Positions 38,226-43,746 of a stretch of 43,746 nt of DNA are shown piece after piece (the stretch's first letter is position 1; the number at the start of each line of letters is the position of its first letter). The stretch spans positions 1 through 43,746 of the forward strand of contig NW_024705444.1 of assembly GCF_018977255.1 (NCBI RefSeq), in the 5' to 3' direction. Made by a program: the position numbers and the translations under genes. Source of the stretch: Callorhinchus milii. Its lineage: Eukaryota. Under the pieces are notes generated by a model. It was given only the letters and a program-made list of their open reading frames with translations. It ran no database searches and was not told where the DNA came from.

Positions 38226-38680
38226 GTCTATGCTCCTCTTCTTCCCAAACCCATCTCGACAAGCGTGATGAAGTATGATTTAAAAAAACAAGCGCCCGAT
38301 CCCCCCCCCTCCCATATGACTCTCACAGCACGGGGAGGCCTTCATCCAGCAGTGGATTGACAAAACTCCAAACACATCTACAGCCCCCCCTCCCCCCAAC
38401 CTTATACACGTGCGGAGTTTTCTCCGGGTACTCAAAGTCTCTTTCTCAACTCAAAGCTCGGACAAGTGCTCGATACATCAGCTTCCCCACGCGCACGTAT
38501 GTTTCCACCGCAACAATATAACGCAGTGTTAATAATATAATCATAACAATAATTATGTTATTTATAAAGAGCATTTCATCCAACCCTGGCTCATCCAGCC
38601 ACAGCCTCCCAGGTGCTGTGTATACCCCCCCCCTCCCCAAAAAAAGCCACGTGGATATCCAACCAAACTTTCACCATCGG

Positions 38681-38855
38681 TTCTAGATTTGAAGTTGTCG
38701 TGACTGCAAGGGTCCATACTCTTTGTTTTTTTCGGTAAAGTCACGTAGGTAAAAAATTAATTAAATCACGACGTTTGCCTCCGAAACGTCGTGATTTAAT
38801 TTAGTTTTTTAATTTATTTTCTACCTACGTGACTTTACCGAAAAAAACAAGAGTA
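38681..38855 (-). mobile_element. Penelope-like palindromic pLTR pair
   Basis: 12-bp TSD TTTCACCATCGG (38669-38680 and 38856-38867). The arms meet inside the 3' half of the hammerhead (ATCACGACGTTT|GCCTCCGAAACGTCGTGAT). Confidence 0.82.
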
Positions 38856-39419
38856 TTTCACCATCGGAGCAACTACTCTCAAAAGAATAACATTGCATAG
38901 ATGCGAATTCCAACTGAACACAGTGCACGCGTGCCAGATTTGACATCGCTTGGCAAGGAGACACGGCAGCAGTGGCAGACGGGCACGAAGCATAACCACA
39001 TAACTCGTGGAAACTGAAAGAATCACAACGACCCGGTCAATGGATATTGATGGTGGTGGTGGTGGGCGGCTTTCTGCTGGGTGGCCAAAGAGAATCTGAA
39101 TCTTTATTTATCCTGGAGAAATCTTATGAGCTATTAAGCTCGTTTTCACAGATGTCTAGTCGGGGCGGGTTCAAAAAGCTTCAACAATAAACAATACAAA
39201 AAAAAATGTATAGGAGTGAAAAGCATAGGAACATAAGCAAATCAGAAAAATAAATACGTAAAACAGATAAAGTGCAACATCAGAATTCGAACATTAATTT
39301 ATACTGGAGGAATCGGATGAGCTATAAAGTTATTTTACACAGATGTCCAGTAGATTGCATGAGTACACCAATCCCCAAGCTTCGGCAAGGCAACAAAACC
39401 AGTCCCAGACCACACCAAG

Positions 39420-39721
39420 ACAAATATAAAGATCCCCCGTATAGCCTTAACAGACTGTAGGGGCAAGTGCTGTTAGCAGGACCTATGAAGGCCGAACGGT
39501 ACACGAGGGGCCGGGTGGCCAGCACCACGCCCGACCGCCTTTGTCTCCTCAGTGGCGATGTTTACACACCGCACCAGGTACTCATTTCAGGCTGAGTCGA
39601 CCTAGGGGAGGACCCAGGACCGGTTCAGATAATCGTCACTGGGTGTTGGCCGTGAGCGGGAATCGAACCCAGGTCGCCAGGTTCATAGCACAACGCGCTA
39701 ACCGCTACACCACCGCTCCCC
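39420..39721 (-). mobile_element. Nin/Deu-like tRNA-SINE, full length
   Basis: Minus strand head GGGAGCGGTGGTGTAGCGGTTAGCGCG...CTGGGTTCGATTCCC with A and B boxes, plus core and tail. Confidence 0.87.
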
Positions 39722-40990
39722 ACAGACAACACACAAACACACACAGTCCCACTCAATACAATTTTCACATGAAAAAAAAACACATTCCGCAGCGAGGGGA
39801 ACGATAGCGGCTGAGAGTCGCGCTCTCGAGAAGAAATCCGCGGATATATAAGATCCGGGACTCCCTTGGCAAAGAATGAGCGGCTGATGTCTCAAAAAAA
39901 GCTCCCCAAAGACACTTCCGTTGGCACGGTGGAACAACAGCAGCAGCAGCAGCAACATAATCCACCACCGCCGCATCTCAAATAATAATAAAAACACTCG
40001 ATGTAGATAAGAAGGCGACGATGGCGGTATAGGTGTGTGTGTATATACCCGCGTTATGTATGTACATATATATGTGTGTGTTTGTGGGGTCTCTGGCGGG
40101 TGGTGGCTAGGAGGGGGGGGGGGGCTTAGGCAGGGGAGGGTGGGAGGGTGGGAGCTTCGCTTCCTGCAGAGGGATGCGGGTTTTTGAGAAAATGAAAAAT
40201 TATCACCAATCAGGGGCCTGGAGAGAGAGGGCACATGCTGTCCATACATCACACGGCGTCTAATTTAAACCAAATCGGTAAGAAAGAACGACCCACCGCA
40301 GTCCTCCATCACTCACGCTGACGGCTGCTTTCCCAACAAAACAATGTAAACTGGCAGCCTGAAAATATGATTTTTTTTTTACTGTGGGAAGGGAGGGGGG
40401 TGAGCACTAACACACCAAACACACACAAACCCCCCCACCAAAAAACCCACCCACTGCCCCAGACTGTTGGGGTCGCCCAAATTGCGCGTCCACGTCTCTT
40501 ACATTCTTCATCAGTCACGAGGGGCCCAATGTTCAGAGAGGCTAAAAAGCCCCTCGGAGCTAAACACACAAATAAACGGCGCGAGCACTCAAGGCGAACG
40601 TTTCTGCCGTTCGGTGTTTACACTGGGAATCGCCGCTGCCTCCTCCTCCTCCACCTCCTCCACCTCCTCCTCCACCTTAGCCACCACCTCCCTCCTGCAC
40701 CCCCCCCCCAAAACTGCCCCCCCCAACTGCCCCCCCTCTCTCTCTACCCCCCTCCCGCGCCCGCCTCTTTGGAAATTGCGTTGCTTCGCGCAGCAATAAA
40801 TGAGACTCAAATTGCATTTTCATTTTGCGATGTTAAATATTTTAAAAAGTAACCTTTTTCGCCATTCAAAAAACGCATGGCATCTGAAATGGTTTTTGCT
40901 AAGCATGCGTAATGCGTTTTTTATCCCGGCTATTTAAATTATTTCGCAGATGCTTTCTCTGTGCGCGCGCGCGCGCGTGTGTGTACAAAG

Positions 40991-41300
40991 ACAAAGATCC
41001 CCCGCGTAGCCTGCAACAGACTGTCGGGGCAAGTGCCGTTAGCGAGCAGCCCTTATGAAGGCCGGCACGGAACACGAAGGGGTGGGTGGCCAGCACCACG
41101 CCCGGTCGCCTTTGTCTCCCTCGTCACAATTTTTACACATACCGTACAAGGTACTCATTTGAGGCCGAGTCGACCAAGGAGAGGCCCAGAACCGGTTAAA
41201 ATATTCGCCGCTGTTGCTGATGGTCGTGAGTGGGAGAAGTGAACTCGGGGTCTCTCTGGGTTCGTAGCGCGGCGCGCTCACCACTGCGCCACCGCTCCCC
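40991..41300 (-). mobile_element. Nin/Deu-like tRNA-SINE, full length
   Basis: Colinear with 39420-39721. Confidence 0.83.
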
Positions 41301-41960
41301 GCTGTGTGTACACACACAGAGAGAGACGGAGGCACGGACCGCCTGTTTAGTCTCAAACCGTACGCGCAAAGGTCGCGGTTTCAGCTACCAGCAGTGTATA
41401 AACTCCTATTGAGATGACAGAAGAGATACAGAGATGTAGTGGGATGATAGCAGCTACAAGCAGGCTGTTGTGTTAATTCCATTGCTGATTGGGATTTGAA
41501 TTCGAGCTGGTATTTGATAGTTTTTTTTTATCACGAATCGCGTGCCTCTCCCCCCCCCCCGTAACCCCTGCGCCACTTGGGGTCGTGCACTTTTACTTTG
41601 TTCGGTTGTTATGCCTCGTCTCACCGACACTCGGAAACCGCGTCTACAAGTGATGTTTTGTTTGTTTGAATAAGTGCCGATATAGCGCTAATGAAACTTG
41701 CTGGGAAATGCGCAGGTGGGGGGGGGGGGTGAACACGCATGCATGTATGTCAATGGCGAGGAAGATACATTTTTATGTTTGGTTAACGAATTCATTGGCG
41801 ATGCAGTGACTGAAAATGCCATTCCATCACCATTCTCGTTCGTCAACACAACCAACTGAGTAAAATATTCCTACATTCATCCCGCATCAGCACATTATTG
41901 CACTCGCCAACGACAATACACACACCGGCCCTCAGTTTATACTGAGCGTCTCCACGCCGG

Positions 41961-42037
41961 CACACGTGGTAAGCTGACACGTGGTAAGCGGGACACGTGG
42001 TAAGCTGACACGTGGCAAGAGGACACGTGGTAAGCGG
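41961..42037. repeat. 15-bp tandem repeat, five copies, each containing CACGTG
   Basis: Unit approximately GACACGTGGTAAGC(T/G). Confidence 0.9.
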
Positions 42038-42062
42038 GCAGGAGCACCACCCGCTTTGGTCG

Positions 42063-42345
42063 CGCCACCGTGGCGAGATGTCAACTCCATCTCCTGGTAT
42101 GCAGGAGGTTCATGGGTTCGAACCCGACCCCGACGCATGCGTAATTTGGAGTTTGAATCTCCTCCGGTTTTTCCCCCTCTGCATTTAGATTCAAACGCGC
42201 GTTCAGAGAATGTTTGGCTGATGTAAATTCCCACGTGGTAAGCCACTTCGTTGACTTATCATTTGCGTCCAGGTCGCTTCTGAAAAAAAAACAGCTACAG
42301 TATATGGTCTCAGTGAGGTGCCCTTACCTGGTTAAAAAAAAAAAA
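42063..42345 (+). mobile_element. V-SINE with an internal deletion
   Basis: Head, partial V-domain and tail CCAGGTCGCTTCTGAAAA...CCTTACCTGGTTAAAA. Confidence 0.83.
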
Positions 42346-42593
42346 TATCAACAATTTATCCCCCGTCAACTTTGACTGACATAACCACTCGCATCTCTCA
42401 ACCGCTGTCCCACAGCTCCGTAGGCCACACCCCCACCGCTCCACTAACCCGGCCTACCGGTCTGGTTGCTCCACCCTCTCTAGGTTTTGTTTTCGTGCCG
42501 TAGCAGCAGCAGGAGGAGGAGGCTTTCGGGACTAATATTATCCATGAAAGGTTTTTTGTGTGGGGGGGGTGGGGTTTAGATCGCTGAAATATA

Positions 42594-42741
42594 AATGTGT
42601 CGTTAAACCGGCCACCACCCGACACAGCCAGGTGGGCAAAACATTCCACGTTAACAAAACGTAACGAATCGGCACGTTTTGTGCACGTGACAAAGCAAAC
42701 TCATTGGCTGTGTCGGTGGTGGCGGGTTCAACGACGCAGTT
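42594..42741. repeat. Degenerate fold-back (MITE-like) element
   Basis: Arms TGTCGTTAAACCGGCCACCACCCGACACAGCCA and TGGCTGTGTCGGTGGTGGCGGGTTCAACGACG. The right half is also present at about 15672-15748. Confidence 0.6.
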
Positions 42742-43297
42742 ATATTTACTCGATCTGGACATGCAAAGAAGTGAGAAAACGTACCAAAAAATGGGATTTT
42801 TTAAAAACCCCGCAGATCTCAGCGCATCCTTCAGTAACACCGGGGGGGGCAGTGCGGTCTTTCTGAAGCCACCGGCACCGCTCCGGTCAAAGGGGGACAA
42901 TCCCGGTAGCTTTAATAATAAACTCAACTCGCGGCGAGCGGCAACACACTTCATTATCGCGCATTCACTTGTCCGATCGCAAAATGGGCGCAATTACTTA
43001 AGCGCCGTCCGTTCTCGCGAACTCCAAATGCAAGCCACTTTTAAAAGAGGTTAAGCGCTTTCCAATGACACAACATTTAGCCTAATAAATGCTGTTGTCT
43101 TTGTAGTTGATCACGGACTCTTGGATGGGAACCGAGAGGGTGAAAAAAACGGTCGTGGAAGCAAATCGACAAATTTGGTGTAAGCGCATCCCGGTGGGTT
43201 TCAAAAGCCACTGGATGTGTGGACCGTTGAACTTCTTTCGCGCCATACGTAGAAGTTCAACGTACATGGGGAATCGTGGGGCGGGGATAAATAACCT

Positions 43298-43372
43298 TTT
43301 ACCTACGTGACTTTACCGGAAAAAAAACAAAGAGTATGGATCCTTGCAGTCACGAAAACTTCAAATCTAGAA
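43298..43372 (+). mobile_element. Penelope-like pLTR 3' fragment
   Basis: TACCTACGTGACTTTACCGG...TGCAGTCACGAAAACTTCAAATCTAG. No clear TSD. Confidence 0.7.
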
Positions 43373-43746
43373 TTTACACATCTCCACCCACCCACCCTCT
43401 CCCCACGATTGTGGAAGCGGCATCCCAGAGCAGTGCAACCGTTCGTGTCTGCGGAAGTGTGTATCATAGAACTTCATCACATGGGAGTAAAATACGCCTT
43501 TTGTGTTTAATTCTCAAGAATTTTGGCCCGATAAAGTGACAACTCAAACTGAATGTGATTGTGTTTAGTGCAGTCATTGGTGGCCATGCTGAGACCATCG
43601 ACTTACTAGACTTGAGACGTGGTTTTATCATGGGGGACTGACCTAGATTTGAACCCAGGCTCTCAGAGAAGTGGCCCTCCTTGTCCACCTCTGCTGCTGA
43701 CCTTTAATACGCACACAATCAGAATCAATTACTCTACTTTGGATTC

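Noticed and set aside
39650..39721. tRNA gene
   Set aside because: The tRNA-like head continues into a SINE core and tail found in several copies, and there is no complete acceptor stem.

Overview
This is eukaryotic, repeat-rich and gene-poor DNA that looks like lamprey genome. The one protein-coding feature I recognise is coding exon 1 of the lamprey PQRFamide (NPFF-group) neuropeptide precursor, on the minus strand at 4325-4179. It has a TATA box upstream and a GTGAGT donor; the remaining exons appear to lie left of the window. The natural-looking sequence (1-25363 and about 36750-43746) is a mosaic of V-domain tRNA-SINEs, Nin/Deu-like tRNA-SINEs, two Helentron/DINE-1-like (HINE) families, hAT, Harbinger and CACTA-like MITEs, LINE2 tail remnants, and mini/microsatellites. 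The best-supported special feature is a family of nine very short Penelope-like insertions. Seven have 12-19 bp target-site duplications, most carry an inverted partial copy, and three carry intact minimal hammerhead ribozyme motifs with compensatory stem II changes. Right after a 30-N gap lies an 11.3-kb block (25394 to about 36750) with no host repeats, no microsatellites and no credible ORFs. It looks like shuffled or synthetic sequence, and I could not support any gene system in it. I found no evidence for a new multi-gene system.
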